Positions 55,125 through 64,000 of a DNA stretch of 64,000 nt are shown in pieces. The position numbers were made by a program, and so were the translations under genes. The notes under the pieces are model-generated. The model was not told where the DNA came from, made no database searches, and saw nothing but the letters and a program-made list of their open reading frames with translations. Source of the stretch: a virus; IMG/VR virus record IMGVR_UViG_3300034283_002790, positions 96,001 to 160,000 of that record. One strand, given 5' to 3'. Each line of letters starts with the position of its first letter. Position 1 is the stretch's first letter.

Positions 55125-56395
55125 CTGAATAATTTTTTTAATTTTTTATTTCTATGGAATGATAGTACAAACCGGTGAACTTCGTTTTGAATTTCAGCAA
55201 GTAGATACCCAAATTCATTTCGTGGAATGTCAACTGATGATCCATTAGTCAGGTGAATTGTTTGAGACTGGTGTTTGTCGTTTTTAGAAATAGAAATCAA
55301 ATCAATACGAGATAACAAACCAAGAGATTCGAATACTTGTTTTGCAACACCCAACTGACCTTTACCACCATCAATGACAACAAGTGAAGGTAACTCTTGT
55401 TTTTCACTTAAAAGTCTTGTAAAACGACGATTCAAAACCTCATAGAAAGATGCGTAATCATCTGGACCTTCAACAGTTTTGATATTGAACTTACGATAGT
55501 TTGACTTATCAGTTTTACCATTCTTGTAACGAACAAGAGCAGATACCTGACAATCACCGGCAGTGTGGGAATTATCAAACGCCTCAATTAATGTAGGAAC
55601 ATTGATTAGACCCAAAGACTCTTTGAATTGACGGGCAACATCATTATACTTTCTAACACGAAAAGGATCAAGTTTCTTTTCAAGTGAATCAACCACAGCG
55701 ATTTTAGATTTGAAGTCATTTGCTTTTTCAAACTCCATAGATTCAGAAAAGTTTTTCATAGATTTTTTCAAACGACTACGAACCTTGTCAAACTCAAAAG
55801 AAAATAATTCTTTCATCTCACTTACAATCTTCTTGTAGGAGAACTTCATAATATTTGAAACACAAGGAGCATTACAACGACCAAGATGAAACTCCAAACA
55901 GGTTTTGAACTTTTCGTTTGAAATGTTTTCTTCAGTTAAGTTGTAAGAACAAGAACGAAGATCAAAAATATCATGAACCATTTCATAGATCTCATAACAA
56001 GAGTTGGAACTTGTGGACTCCAAAAGAACCTCACCTGAAAAGTTAGAAGGATTACAAACCAAAAGTCTTGGAAAGTCCTCATCGGTCAAAGTAATAAACC
56101 AACGACGAGATCTGTCGTCTTTTGCTTTGATATTGTATTTTGGTTTCAAAGACTTGATAAGTTCATCCTCCAACAAAAGTGCTTGAGACTCATCGTTAGT
56201 ACTCATGAACTCAACATCACGGATTTCATTCACAAGAAAAATAGTCTTTTGATCTTTGTGATTTTTTTGAAAGTAAGATTTTACTCGTTTAGGTAAAAAC
56301 TTTGACTTACCCACATAGATGATCTGACCTTTCTCGTTTTTGAAAAGGTAACAACCGCTTGACTGGGGAATGTTTGTGAGTTTCTCTTGAATCAT
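55121..56395 (-). CDS. uvrC: UvrC-like excinuclease lacking the C-terminal HhH domain
   Basis: GIY-YIG (GCYLF..IIYVGKS), C-x-C cluster, UVR (EFEKA), RNase H-like AFDNSH / IDGGKGQL. Confidence 0.9.
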   Translation of the reverse strand: MIQEKLTNIPQSSGCYLFKNEKGQIIYVGKSKFLPKRVKSYFQKNHKDQKTIFLVNEIRDVEFMSTNDESQALLLEDELIKSLKPKYNIKAKDDRSRRWFITLTDEDFPRLLVCNPSNFSGEVLLESTSSNSCYEIYEMVHDIFDLRSCSYNLTEENISNEKFKTCLEFHLGRCNAPCVSNIMKFSYKKIVSEMKELFSFEFDKVRSRLKKSMKNFSESMEFEKANDFKSKIAVVDSLEKKLDPFRVRKYNDVARQFKESLGLINVPTLIEAFDNSHTAGDCQVSALVRYKNGKTDKSNYRKFNIKTVEGPDDYASFYEVLNRRFTRLLSEKQELPSLVVIDGGKGQLGVAKQVFESLGLLSRIDLISISKNDKHQSQTIHLTNGSSVDIPRNEFGYLLAEIQNEVHRFVLSFHRNKKLKKLFS

Positions 56396-56434
56396 TTGAC
56401 AAAAATACCTATATTTAAACTATAAAACAAACAA

Positions 56435-57148
56435 ATGGAAATAAAAAATTTTTTAACAATTGTTATTCCATGTAAAAATGAAAAAAGTATAATTCAAAAA
56501 ACTTTGGACCTTTTGAATTATCAGTCAGATATTTGGGGAGTTAAAGTTGTAGTTTGCGACTCTTCAGATGATGGTATAACTAAATTTGATATAATCGAAA
56601 GGTTAGAAATTAACTCAGATAAGTTTGACCTTTATTTGATGGATGGTGGATTACCTGCGGTTGCAAGAAACAACGGATTCAAACTTGTTGAGACACCATA
56701 TGTTTTATTTGTTGACTCCGATGTGTTTTTATTGGACCCAAAAATAATTAAAAGAGCATTTTTAAGAATACATAGACAAAAATTAGATTTAGTAACCACA
56801 AAGTTTAGAAGTGATAACGGTAAATACAATTATATTTACCGTTTGTTCGATTTTCTACAATTGGTGTCCAAATGGTCCACACCTTTTTGTTTGGGTGGCT
56901 TTATGATGATTAGGTCTGAAACATTTAAATCTCTTGGTGGATTTGATTCCGACATAAAAGTTGCGGAAGATTATCATTTTTCAAAACAAATTAAACCAAA
57001 AAAGTTCGGTAGAATAAATAATATTGTATTTACTCCTCCTAGAAGATTTGAGAACAAAGGTGTATTCTATATGGTCAAATTATTTTTAGGTTCTTTTTTC
57101 AATCACAAAAACAAGTCTTATTTCACTGAAGATAAAAATTACTGGTAA
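56435..57148 (+). CDS. GT2 glycosyltransferase
   Basis: IVIPCKNE, ARNNG, LFVDSD, AED. Confidence 0.88.
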   Translation: MEIKNFLTIVIPCKNEKSIIQKTLDLLNYQSDIWGVKVVVCDSSDDGITKFDIIERLEINSDKFDLYLMDGGLPAVARNNGFKLVETPYVLFVDSDVFLLDPKIIKRAFLRIHRQKLDLVTTKFRSDNGKYNYIYRLFDFLQLVSKWSTPFCLGGFMMIRSETFKSLGGFDSDIKVAEDYHFSKQIKPKKFGRINNIVFTPPRRFENKGVFYMVKLFLGSFFNHKNKSYFTEDKNYW

Positions 57149-57498
57149 TGGAAATAACAAAAGTACCTTATAAAGAAGTTTATGAAAATTTTAAAGAAAT
57201 CAAACCTGATTTATTAGATGAATATGCAACATATTATGGATGTTTCATTAAAGAAAAATTAGTTGGTATTGTTTCTTATGTAGAACATGATTCTGTAATT
57301 TATTTATGTCACGCCTATGTTTTGGAAGATTATAGAAATAGAGGGATCTATAAATTACTCTGGAATTATAGGGATTCAAAAATTCATGAAACTAATAAAA
57401 CCATTTATGCCCATTGTAATGTTGATAGTTTGAAATATTTCATAAACAACGGATTTTCGATCGAAAAAGCCCTTTTTAAAGTAGTTAAAGATAAATGA
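57148..57498 (+). CDS. GNAT acetyltransferase
   Basis: AYVLEDYRNRGIYKLL...NGF. Confidence 0.8.
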   Translation: MEITKVPYKEVYENFKEIKPDLLDEYATYYGCFIKEKLVGIVSYVEHDSVIYLCHAYVLEDYRNRGIYKLLWNYRDSKIHETNKTIYAHCNVDSLKYFINNGFSIEKALFKVVKDK

Positions 57499-58211
57499 AA
57501 AAATGGAAAACCGTGATCATGAGTGATTTACATTTAGGATCCAGACAATCTCAAACAGATAAAATTTTGAAATTTTTTAATGAGAATGAAACTGAGAAGT
57601 TAATTTTAAACGGTGATATAATTGACGGATGGGCAATCAGAAGTGGTGGAAAATGGAATAACGATTGCACTAAAATAATTAGAAAAATTATCAAACTCTC
57701 AGAAAACAAAACACAAGTAATTTATATTCGGGGAAATCATGATGATTTTTTAAAAGATTTTATACCTTTTAAATTAAACAATATTGAAATTGTAAGAATG
57801 TATAATCACGTTGGGATTGATTGTAGAAATTATTATTGTTTTCATGGAGATGTTTTGGATTTTGTTATAATGAAAGCCCGATGGTTGGCAGTAATTGGTG
57901 GATGGTCTTATGATTTTGTCATTCGTTTGAATACTCTTTATAATAAGATTAGAAAGTTATTGAACTTGAACTATCATTCTCTAGCAAATGATATTAAACA
58001 ATCAGTTAAGGGTGCAATAAATTTTGTTTCTGATTTTGAGTCTGGTGCCAAAGGATTAACCAAGGAAAAAGGATTTGATGTCGCAGTTTGCGGACATATT
58101 CACCAACCGAAATTAGAAATTGATTACATGAATTCTGGTGATTTTTGTGAAAACTCAACTTGTTTAGTCGAGGATAAAAAAGGGAACTGGAAGATCCTCA
58201 ATATTGACTAG
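57495..58211 (+). CDS. LpxH-like (UDP-2,3-diacylglucosamine hydrolase family) metallophosphoesterase
   Basis: SDLHLG, LNGDIIDGW, RGNHD, FHGD, CGHIHQP, NSGD. Confidence 0.85.
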   Translation: MKKWKTVIMSDLHLGSRQSQTDKILKFFNENETEKLILNGDIIDGWAIRSGGKWNNDCTKIIRKIIKLSENKTQVIYIRGNHDDFLKDFIPFKLNNIEIVRMYNHVGIDCRNYYCFHGDVLDFVIMKARWLAVIGGWSYDFVIRLNTLYNKIRKLLNLNYHSLANDIKQSVKGAINFVSDFESGAKGLTKEKGFDVAVCGHIHQPKLEIDYMNSGDFCENSTCLVEDKKGNWKILNID

Positions 58212-58215
58212 ACTA

Positions 58216-59433
58216 TTAAGAAAAAACTTCAGGTAAATCGTCCCAGGATGTGGTATATTTTTGTGTAAGAAACTCTTGTCTCATGTGCCAATTTTTAACT
58301 GGATTGTTTGGTACTGATTGAGTTTCAAAAACTTCATCAAATAAAGACTTTTGTATGACATTGTCTGGAGTTAAATCATTAAAGATTATTCCACACTTTT
58401 TATATTGTTTGTTTTGTTCACACAACTCTTTAAATGATTTATATATTTGCGACCAGATTAATTGATTATCTCGAGTTGGTGTATTTAAAGAAATTGTTTT
58501 TGAATAATGGTACTTGTTTCCCTTATGGTAATTACCACTAACAAAAATTGTGACTTTTTTACTTAATACTTTATTTTGTTTTAATTTTTTAGTCCCCGTT
58601 TCTATATAACTAAACATAGCCTCAGACAACTGACTAAAATCATCAACATCTTTTCCAAATGATCTGGTGGATGCAATATTTTTTTTCAACTTAGTTTTTT
58701 CTTGGATCTGAAAACAATAAAATTCTTGTAATTCTAATTTAGTTCTCACACCATTAATATTCATCAACTTTTTTACTAAGTTTTCATTAGTGTCTATGAA
58801 TTGACCAATACTTTCAATACCAAGATTTTTCAATTTTTTTGTCCATTTTCTTCCAACACCCCAAACTTCGTTAATATCAATTTTGTATGAAATTGATTTA
58901 AAATTTTTCAAACTCCAGTAAGAACATATTCCATCATAGTTTGGTTGTTTTTTTGCCATGTATGAGGTCAATTTTGCCAATGTTTTATTTGGTCCAACAC
59001 CAATAGACACTGGTATTCCAACCCGTCTTAGAACCTCATCCTTGATTTTTATTAAGGTTTGATTCAATTTTTTAGAAGGTATATGAGATAGGTCTATGAA
59101 TGCTTCATCAATTGAATACACTTCAATATTGGTAACAAACTCAGAAATAACTTTCATTACCCGGTCAGAAAGATCCCCATAAAGGTTATAGTTTGAAGAA
59201 TAAACACAGAATTTGTGTTCTTCCATGAATTCTTTAGATTTAAAAAATGGTTCCCCCATTTTAATTCCTAAATCTTTTGCTTCTTGTGATCGGGCAATTA
59301 TTGCCCCATCATTATTTGATAAAACAACTGTTGGTTTACCGACCGATTCTGGATTAAACAATCTTTCACATGAGCAATAAAAATTATTGCAATCCACAAT
59401 ACCAATTACTTTTACACTTTTTTTAAGATCCAT
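58216..59433 (-). CDS. umuC: Y-family DNA polymerase V catalytic subunit
   Basis: DCNNFYCSCER, VLSNNDG, YSSNY.LY, YSIDEAF, IASTRSFG. Confidence 0.92.
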   Translation of the reverse strand: MDLKKSVKVIGIVDCNNFYCSCERLFNPESVGKPTVVLSNNDGAIIARSQEAKDLGIKMGEPFFKSKEFMEEHKFCVYSSNYNLYGDLSDRVMKVISEFVTNIEVYSIDEAFIDLSHIPSKKLNQTLIKIKDEVLRRVGIPVSIGVGPNKTLAKLTSYMAKKQPNYDGICSYWSLKNFKSISYKIDINEVWGVGRKWTKKLKNLGIESIGQFIDTNENLVKKLMNINGVRTKLELQEFYCFQIQEKTKLKKNIASTRSFGKDVDDFSQLSEAMFSYIETGTKKLKQNKVLSKKVTIFVSGNYHKGNKYHYSKTISLNTPTRDNQLIWSQIYKSFKELCEQNKQYKKCGIIFNDLTPDNVIQKSLFDEVFETQSVPNNPVKNWHMRQEFLTQKYTTSWDDLPEVFS

Positions 59434-59732
59434 GTTATTTTCCCCCATATATTAATTTGATCCTCATAACGTTTTATTTTAAAAACCCCATCTTCAACAA
59501 TAATAATCAAGTCACCTGTTTTTAATTTTTTATTTCTATCGATAACTAAAGTATCACCGGGTTTGATATCTTCAATGTTTGGTCCAGAATATCTGAAATA
59601 GAATGTGGAATATGAATCATCCACTATCAATTCATTTAAGTCCAATCTTTTATCAACATATGTTTCTGCTGGGGAAGAAAATCCCGTAGTTTGTGATTTG
59701 ATCAATAAATAATCTTTATCAAAGATTCCCAT
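59412..59732 (-). CDS. umuD: UmuD-like S24 protein lacking the catalytic Ser
   Basis: TGFSSPAE...LDLNELIV; GPNI in place of GDSM; FKIKRY Lys kept. Confidence 0.75.
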   Translation of the reverse strand: MGIFDKDYLLIKSQTTGFSSPAETYVDKRLDLNELIVDDSYSTFYFRYSGPNIEDIKPGDTLVIDRNKKLKTGDLIIIVEDGVFKIKRYEDQINIWGKITWILKKV

Positions 59733-59736
59733 AAAA

Positions 59737-60165
59737 TTATTCTTCGGTTTTGTTTTCTAAATAATACTTTTCAAACACTGAGAGACTTTTAATTCCCTGG
59801 TCTATGATTTTATCCAAAACAGAATTAACGGTTAAATTCTCAGTAAGATGTTTGTTTAACTTACTTATCAAATTTTCCGTAATTTCATTATTATTCGATA
59901 GTAACTGGTCGGTTATGTCTTTAATAGTAAATTTAATATTATACTTATTTAATACACTTTCAATTTTTTCTTTTAGTTTATCTTCAAGAAAAAAAATATC
60001 CCAGGATCTATTATCATCTCCTCCGGTATCATTTATTCCAGTCATCGTTAATACTATGGCCCATTTTGATTCTTCTGGGGTCATTTTATCCCATAGAAGT
60101 TCCGACATTTCAGCAACTCCATGTGAATAATAATATTTTAATATTTTGTAATTTGTGTAATCCAT
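59737..60165 (-). CDS. Hypothetical protein with a DUF6576-like C-terminus
   Basis: VNSVLDKIIDQGIKSLSVFEKYYL. Confidence 0.65.
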   Translation of the reverse strand: MDYTNYKILKYYYSHGVAEMSELLWDKMTPEESKWAIVLTMTGINDTGGDDNRSWDIFFLEDKLKEKIESVLNKYNIKFTIKDITDQLLSNNNEITENLISKLNKHLTENLTVNSVLDKIIDQGIKSLSVFEKYYLENKTEE

Positions 60166-60569
60166 CAGAGTTTTATTTTTTTTGGTTTTCTATTTTTATT
60201 GATTAACTCTATAAATTTATTTTTACCCTCTTTGGTCACGTTTTTATGACCAAATGTTTCTGTCTGTGAATGACAATTCGGACACAAGACTTTTAAATTA
60301 TAAAAATTATTGTTTTTTCGATTTCCGTCAACATGGTCAACCTGAAATGTTAAAGGTTTTTTATTCCAATCACTTATTCCACAACTTTCGCAAGTGTTGC
60401 CTCTGATTCGTTTAACATACTTTGACATTGCATTATTCCAGGTGGTCCCTGTTTGAAATCTTTTATCGAGATGGTGGTCTCCTTGACATCGGTTTGAACA
60501 AAACTTACCATGGGATTGACTGGGTAAGTAGGAAAATTTATTATTACATTGTAAACAAATCCCGTACAT
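60165..60569 (-). CDS. HNH endonuclease
   Basis: FQVDHVDGNRKNN...NLKVLCPNCHSQT. Confidence 0.85.
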   Translation of the reverse strand: MYGICLQCNNKFSYLPSQSHGKFCSNRCQGDHHLDKRFQTGTTWNNAMSKYVKRIRGNTCESCGISDWNKKPLTFQVDHVDGNRKNNNFYNLKVLCPNCHSQTETFGHKNVTKEGKNKFIELINKNRKPKKIKL

Positions 60570-60580
60570 AAAATTTATTT

Positions 60581-60850
60581 TTAAAGTTCTTGAACTTTTT
60601 TCATGACATCAGTTACATCTTCTTCACTCAAGTAACCAATTACGTCACTTGTCACAGGAGTCTCATAAGTCAAAAGACCATCTTTATCTAAAACGGCCAC
60701 TTCATAAAGTCCATCACGACCTCCGTATGAATGAGTGTGTGATACAACAGATACACCAAAGCCGTTGTCAAATTGCATACGACCTTTTTTACCAACCATA
60801 AATGGTTCGTCATTTAATTGTTCAAATTCTAAATCTTCAAAAGTTTTCAT
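60581..60850 (-). CDS. Conserved phage hypothetical protein
   Basis: Start corrected to MKTFEDLEF (the longer ORF overlaps the tRNA); FDNGFGVSVV...SYGG..GLYEVAVL. Confidence 0.7.
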   Translation of the reverse strand: MKTFEDLEFEQLNDEPFMVGKKGRMQFDNGFGVSVVSHTHSYGGRDGLYEVAVLDKDGLLTYETPVTSDVIGYLSEEDVTDVMKKVQEL

Positions 60851-60874
60851 ATTTTTTAATTTTAATAAGTTTTG

Positions 60875-60947
60875 CGGTCCCGACGGGATTCGAACCCGTA
60901 TCTCGCACCGTGACAGGGTGGAATTGTAACCATTCAACCACGGGACC
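60875..60947 (-). tRNA. tRNA-Asp (GTC)
   Basis: GGTCCCG/CGGGACC acceptor stem, loop CTGTCAC, GGTTCGAATCC T arm. Confidence 0.92.
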
Positions 60948-60959
60948 AAGTTAATTTAG

Positions 60960-61026
60960 CAGTCAGGACAGGATTCGAACCTGTAATCCTCATTTACGAT
61001 GCGTACTCCAATAACGCCACCTGACT
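60960..61026 (-). ncRNA. tRNA-like RNA with a truncated anticodon arm (67 nt)
   Basis: AGTCAGG/CCTGACT acceptor, GCGT/ACGC D stem, ACAGG-TTCGAAT-CCTGT T arm; only 15 nt between position 26 and the T stem. Confidence 0.65.
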
Positions 61027-61102
61027 ATTTTCTCGTCTTTCCGAGATGTCAATACGGATATTTTGTGTACAATTCAGGACTCTCATATTGCTTCCTTAGT
61101 TG

Positions 61103-61185
61103 AAGTCAGGATAGGATTCGAACCTACAATGAGCAACCATCTATAACAGATGGATTCAACACCATGTCTCTTTACACTCCTGACT
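61103..61185 (-). ncRNA. tRNA-like RNA with a non-canonical core (83 nt)
   Basis: Same AGTCAGG/CCTGACT acceptor and GTAGG-TTCGAAT-CCTAT T arm; internal CCATCT-GTTAT-AGATGG hairpin. Confidence 0.6.
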
Positions 61186-61197
61186 AACTTTTTTTTA

Positions 61198-61229
61198 CAA
61201 ATGTAAAACATATATTTAGATTAATCAAA
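61198..61229 (-). promoter_or_regulatory. Sigma-A promoter for the tRNA cluster
   Basis: TTTG-N20-TACATTTG. Confidence 0.7.
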
Positions 61230-61245
61230 TTTTTTTCGTAAAAAA

Positions 61246-61482
61246 CTAATTTAAGTTTGAAAAATAAATTAGTTCTTCTTTTTTTTCCAATTTTAACAAT
61301 AAAGGTTGTGTAATACTAATCATTGAGTTATGATCATTGATTTTTTCCATAATTTGTTTTTGGAAATTGTAAATTAAATTTTTGGTAGTTTGGGTGTGTT
61401 CAAATGTTTGACATGACTCGATTACTTTTTCAATCCAGTCTTGGATATTACTGAAACTCTTAATTCTTTTTTCCATTTTCAA
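61246..61482 (-). CDS. Small hypothetical protein
   Basis: 78 aa ORF. Confidence 0.55.
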   Translation of the reverse strand: MKMEKRIKSFSNIQDWIEKVIESCQTFEHTQTTKNLIYNFQKQIMEKINDHNSMISITQPLLLKLEKKEELIYFSNLN

Positions 61483-61876
61483 TTTTTTTTCTAAGGTTTG
61501 AAGTTGAGAAATCGTGGGATCTTTTATTATAGTAGATCTCTATACCTCGTTCTAAACAAATTTGTCTTCCCGTGAAATCTTTGTTCTTATAATCTTCACC
61601 GATGATTCTCACGTCAAAATTAAATGATTTAAAAATATTTTCCAAATCTTTTTCATTTTCATATGGAATTATTTCATCCACAAACTTACATCCTTTAAGT
61701 TGTATGAACCTTTCTAAAACAGATTGTACCGGTTTATTTTTTTCTGGTCTATCAGATGTAGGGTCAGTTTGAAACGCAACGTATAAAAAATCACAAACCT
61801 CCTTACATTCCTGGAGCATTAAAATATGTCCAGCATGTAATAAATCAAAACAAGAGCAAGTAATTCCAATTCTCAT
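61460..61876 (-). CDS. TagD-like cytidylyltransferase
   Basis: CSCFDLLHAGHI, KNKPVQS..ER, IIGEDY, HDFSTS. Confidence 0.88.
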   Translation of the reverse strand: MRIGITCSCFDLLHAGHILMLQECKEVCDFLYVAFQTDPTSDRPEKNKPVQSVLERFIQLKGCKFVDEIIPYENEKDLENIFKSFNFDVRIIGEDYKNKDFTGRQICLERGIEIYYNKRSHDFSTSNLRKKIENGKKN

Positions 61877-61885
61877 AAAAATTAA

Positions 61886-62185
61886 TTAGTTTTGGTCCCC
61901 AAACATTAGTTTATATTTTCTATCAAAAACTTTTAAAATTTCAATCAATTCTTCAATATCATCAAAGTCCCATTTTTCTGTTTGAATCCAGAATTTTGGT
62001 CCTGTATGACATGTGTCGGTCGAGATTTTTAAAACATTCATTAAACTTTGTCTCTCACATAAATTTGTGGATTGTGAAAATGTTAATGAAAATCCTTCAG
62101 CAACTATTTCATAATTTTCATGGGGAGTTTCAATTACTTGTTTTTCAGGTTCTGGAACATCTATTTGTGATTGTTTTTTTTTCAT
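61886..62185 (-). CDS. Hypothetical protein
   Basis: 99 aa ORF. Confidence 0.55.
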   Translation of the reverse strand: MKKKQSQIDVPEPEKQVIETPHENYEIVAEGFSLTFSQSTNLCERQSLMNVLKISTDTCHTGPKFWIQTEKWDFDDIEELIEILKVFDRKYKLMFGDQN

Positions 62186-62188
62186 AGT

Positions 62189-62407
62189 TTAGAGTTTTAC
62201 TAATAAGATACCTGGATTGATAGAATCAACTTCATAATTCATATTATAATCGTGAAGTGTATTTTTTACTAGATTTTTCATTATTTGACTATGTCCTGTA
62301 ATAATATGAACTTCTTTTTTATTTTTTTTCATAGACTCCCACAAAAATTGATCAATTTTGTTTGAGACATCCAAGTGACGAGTACCATGCAGATCTAATG
62401 AATCCAT
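62189..62407 (-). CDS. Smr-domain-like small protein
   Basis: LDLHG...VHIITGHS...NPG. Confidence 0.75.
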   Translation of the reverse strand: MDSLDLHGTRHLDVSNKIDQFLWESMKKNKKEVHIITGHSQIMKNLVKNTLHDYNMNYEVDSINPGILLVKL

Positions 62408-62604
62408 TAATTTTTATTTTCCAATTTATTAATTTTTTTGGTAAGAATATTTTCATGAGTGTCAAACTTACCAAGATTATAAGTGATCGTAATTAGATCT
62501 TTGAACAAAAATTCAATAATTAACTCATTTTTATCATTGGTGTACATTTCTTGAATTTCTCCAATTCCGTTTGGGGTTAAAACTTTGACTTTAGATTTAT
62601 TCAT
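62407..62604 (-). CDS. Small hypothetical protein
   Basis: 65 aa, translationally coupled. Confidence 0.55.
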   Translation of the reverse strand: MNKSKVKVLTPNGIGEIQEMYTNDKNELIIEFLFKDLITITYNLGKFDTHENILTKKINKLENKN

Positions 62605-62614
62605 AGATGAAGAA

Positions 62615-62920
62615 TCAGATGTAATATTTTATCTGGTTATTTTCGATTTCTATTTCGAAAATACCATCGTTTTCTAAAATTTTTTCTAACTCTTCGTTGT
62701 TGAAGGTGACTTGTTCTGGATGTAGAAAAATTTTAAATGCCCTGTTTTGTTTCAATTGATTGTTTTTAATTAAATCCAGGACCGGTTGATTTTCACAAGA
62801 AACTTTAGATGGGTATTGTCCATTAACTGTAATAATGACTTCATCGCCAAGTTTAATTTCATCACCTGAAACCACATAAGGTTTTTCATCAAGGATTATT
62901 AATTTTACTCTTTCTTTCAT
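62615..62920 (-). CDS. Hypothetical protein
   Basis: 101 aa ORF. Confidence 0.6.
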   Translation of the reverse strand: MKERVKLIILDEKPYVVSGDEIKLGDEVIITVNGQYPSKVSCENQPVLDLIKNNQLKQNRAFKIFLHPEQVTFNNEELEKILENDGIFEIEIENNQIKYYI

Positions 62921-63122
62921 AAAGTATTTTATTTAAAAATATGATAAAATAATTAAAAAAGAAGGATTAATTCAACTTAAAATTATTTATAATTTCGAAA
63001 TTTGTAGTGTCTATTTTTGAATTTGGCAAAGATCCGTAAGCATCACAATTAGTTTTTTTTGTGGTTTTACATGAAGATAACACCAACACAAAAATTATTA
63101 AAATTAATTTTTTCATATTTTT

Positions 63123-63296
63123 TTATTTTAATTTATCCCAGTCATCTCTACTGGTAGCAACTGTAATATTGTCAATTGTAAAAAAAACCTCATCTTTAAA
63201 GATTCTAATATTTTTAACTTTTTTCAAATCCAGTTTAATCTTCGTATAATAAGTACTTTCATTTGCAAATCTTACGTAAAGTTCTTTTTTATCCAT
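63123..63296 (-). CDS. Small protein (57 aa, not in the track)
   Basis: Manual translation MDKKELYVRFANESTYYTKIKLDL... Confidence 0.45.
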   Translation of the reverse strand: MDKKELYVRFANESTYYTKIKLDLKKVKNIRIFKDEVFFTIDNITVATSRDDWDKLK

Positions 63297-63337
63297 CTGA
63301 ATTAACTTAAAAAATGATTTAGTTTTTGAATTCTGTT

Positions 63338-64000
63338 TTAGAATAAAGGTGTTGATCCTGGTTCTTCAAATTGAATATTTAAAGGAATTGTTACTGGTTG
63401 ATCAACAGAGGGTATACTAACATGCTTAGCCATTTGTTTTAACTCTACCTTTGAAAAAAATTTCCAATTTTCTGGACTATTTTGGATGTCAGTATAAATT
63501 AAGGACAAAATATTATGAGGAATATTTGTCTGAAATGTGTCGACTTGTCTATCTTCATTATCAAAAACTTTAAAAAGATATCGATGTTTATTTACATCAA
63601 AAACATCAAGAAGTCCCATGATCTCATAAAAAAACCCATATTTTTCATTTGTATTTTTATTTATAACATAGATTAAAACTCCTTTTGAAGAATGGTCATA
63701 AAAATAGTCTGGAGAATTAATCATAGATGTGCACCATTTAGTTTGATATCCGTAAGTACAAGATGCTAAATAAGTCAATGGTTTGAAAACCAAATAACAT
63801 GAATCTTCATAAATAATTTTTATTTCTTTCTTTGCTTTTTTTAAGTTGTCTTTGTTGAGTGCCAAATATACTTGATTTTCAACCATTTCCCAGGAGTCGT
63901 AAGTTGAGATGTCTTTGATTTCTACAAGCCCTCTTTCCATTAATTCACAGAAAGTCATATACAATTTAATTTTTTGATATCCAATAAAATTTTCAACGAC
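63338..64000 (-). CDS. Conserved jumbo-phage hypothetical protein (5' partial; frame open to the window end)
   Basis: KPLTYLASCTYGYQTKWCTS motif; no stop codon upstream of 63964 within the window. Confidence 0.7.
   Translation of the reverse strand, partial: VVENFIGYQKIKLYMTFCELMERGLVEIKDISTYDSWEMVENQVYLALNKDNLKKAKKEIKIIYEDSCYLVFKPLTYLASCTYGYQTKWCTSMINSPDYFYDHSSKGVLIYVINKNTNEKYGFFYEIMGLLDVFDVNKHRYLFKVFDNEDRQVDTFQTNIPHNILSLIYTDIQNSPENWKFFSKVELKQMAKHVSIPSVDQPVTIPLNIQFEEPGSTPLF

Noticed and set aside
59412-59433. A7 slippery run in the umuD/umuC overlap suggesting a -1 frameshift fusion
   Set aside because: umuC has its own ATG, overlap is normal for umuDC, and A7 runs are common in this genome; no stimulatory structure seen
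60581-60949. 122-aa ORF as listed in the track
   Set aside because: Its 5' part is the tRNA-Asp gene; the real start is at 60850
61103-61185. Ochre-suppressor tRNA or stop-codon recoding
   Set aside because: The TTA fold lacks U33 and purine 37, and TAA, TAG and TGA all terminate genes cleanly under the standard code
584-63249. Many short plus-strand ORFs and nested minus-strand ORFs in the track (for example 2043, 7637, 15290, 38578, 59804)
   Set aside because: They are antisense or alternate-frame shadows of longer coherent genes, with no promoter or motif support

Overview
This is an AT-rich, densely coding window that runs almost entirely on the minus strand. It reads as part of a large or jumbo tailed-phage genome infecting Bacteroidota (inference). 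Supporting evidence: no capsid or housekeeping operons, many TTG-N20-TAnnTTTG Bacteroidota sigma-A promoters, no Shine-Dalgarno sequences, Bacteroidota-type lipoproteins, and phage-type accessory genes (thyA, uvrC, umuDC, HNH endonucleases, peptidoglycan hydrolases, tRNA-Asp). There are three highlights. (1) A self-contained unit of promoter, catalytically intact 415-aa TnpB/Cas12f-like nuclease, structured linker, CRISPR array and terminator. The array has 6 full 36-bp repeats with 30-bp spacers, its repeats look like type VI-B (Cas13b) repeats, and no other cas genes are in the window. (2) About 40 otherwise unrelated ORFs share a few families of N-terminal leaders ending in aliphatic-X-Glu. 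These genes are usually preceded by a TATTTAT motif and may represent a capsid-targeting, cargo-packaging system with cassette shuffling. (3) A tRNA cluster containing two tRNA-like RNAs with aberrant anticodon arms, plus a poorly coding G/C-tract region at 28.1-31.4 kb with a candidate small RNA and iteron-like motifs. All protein family calls come from motif recognition by eye; no database searches were run.
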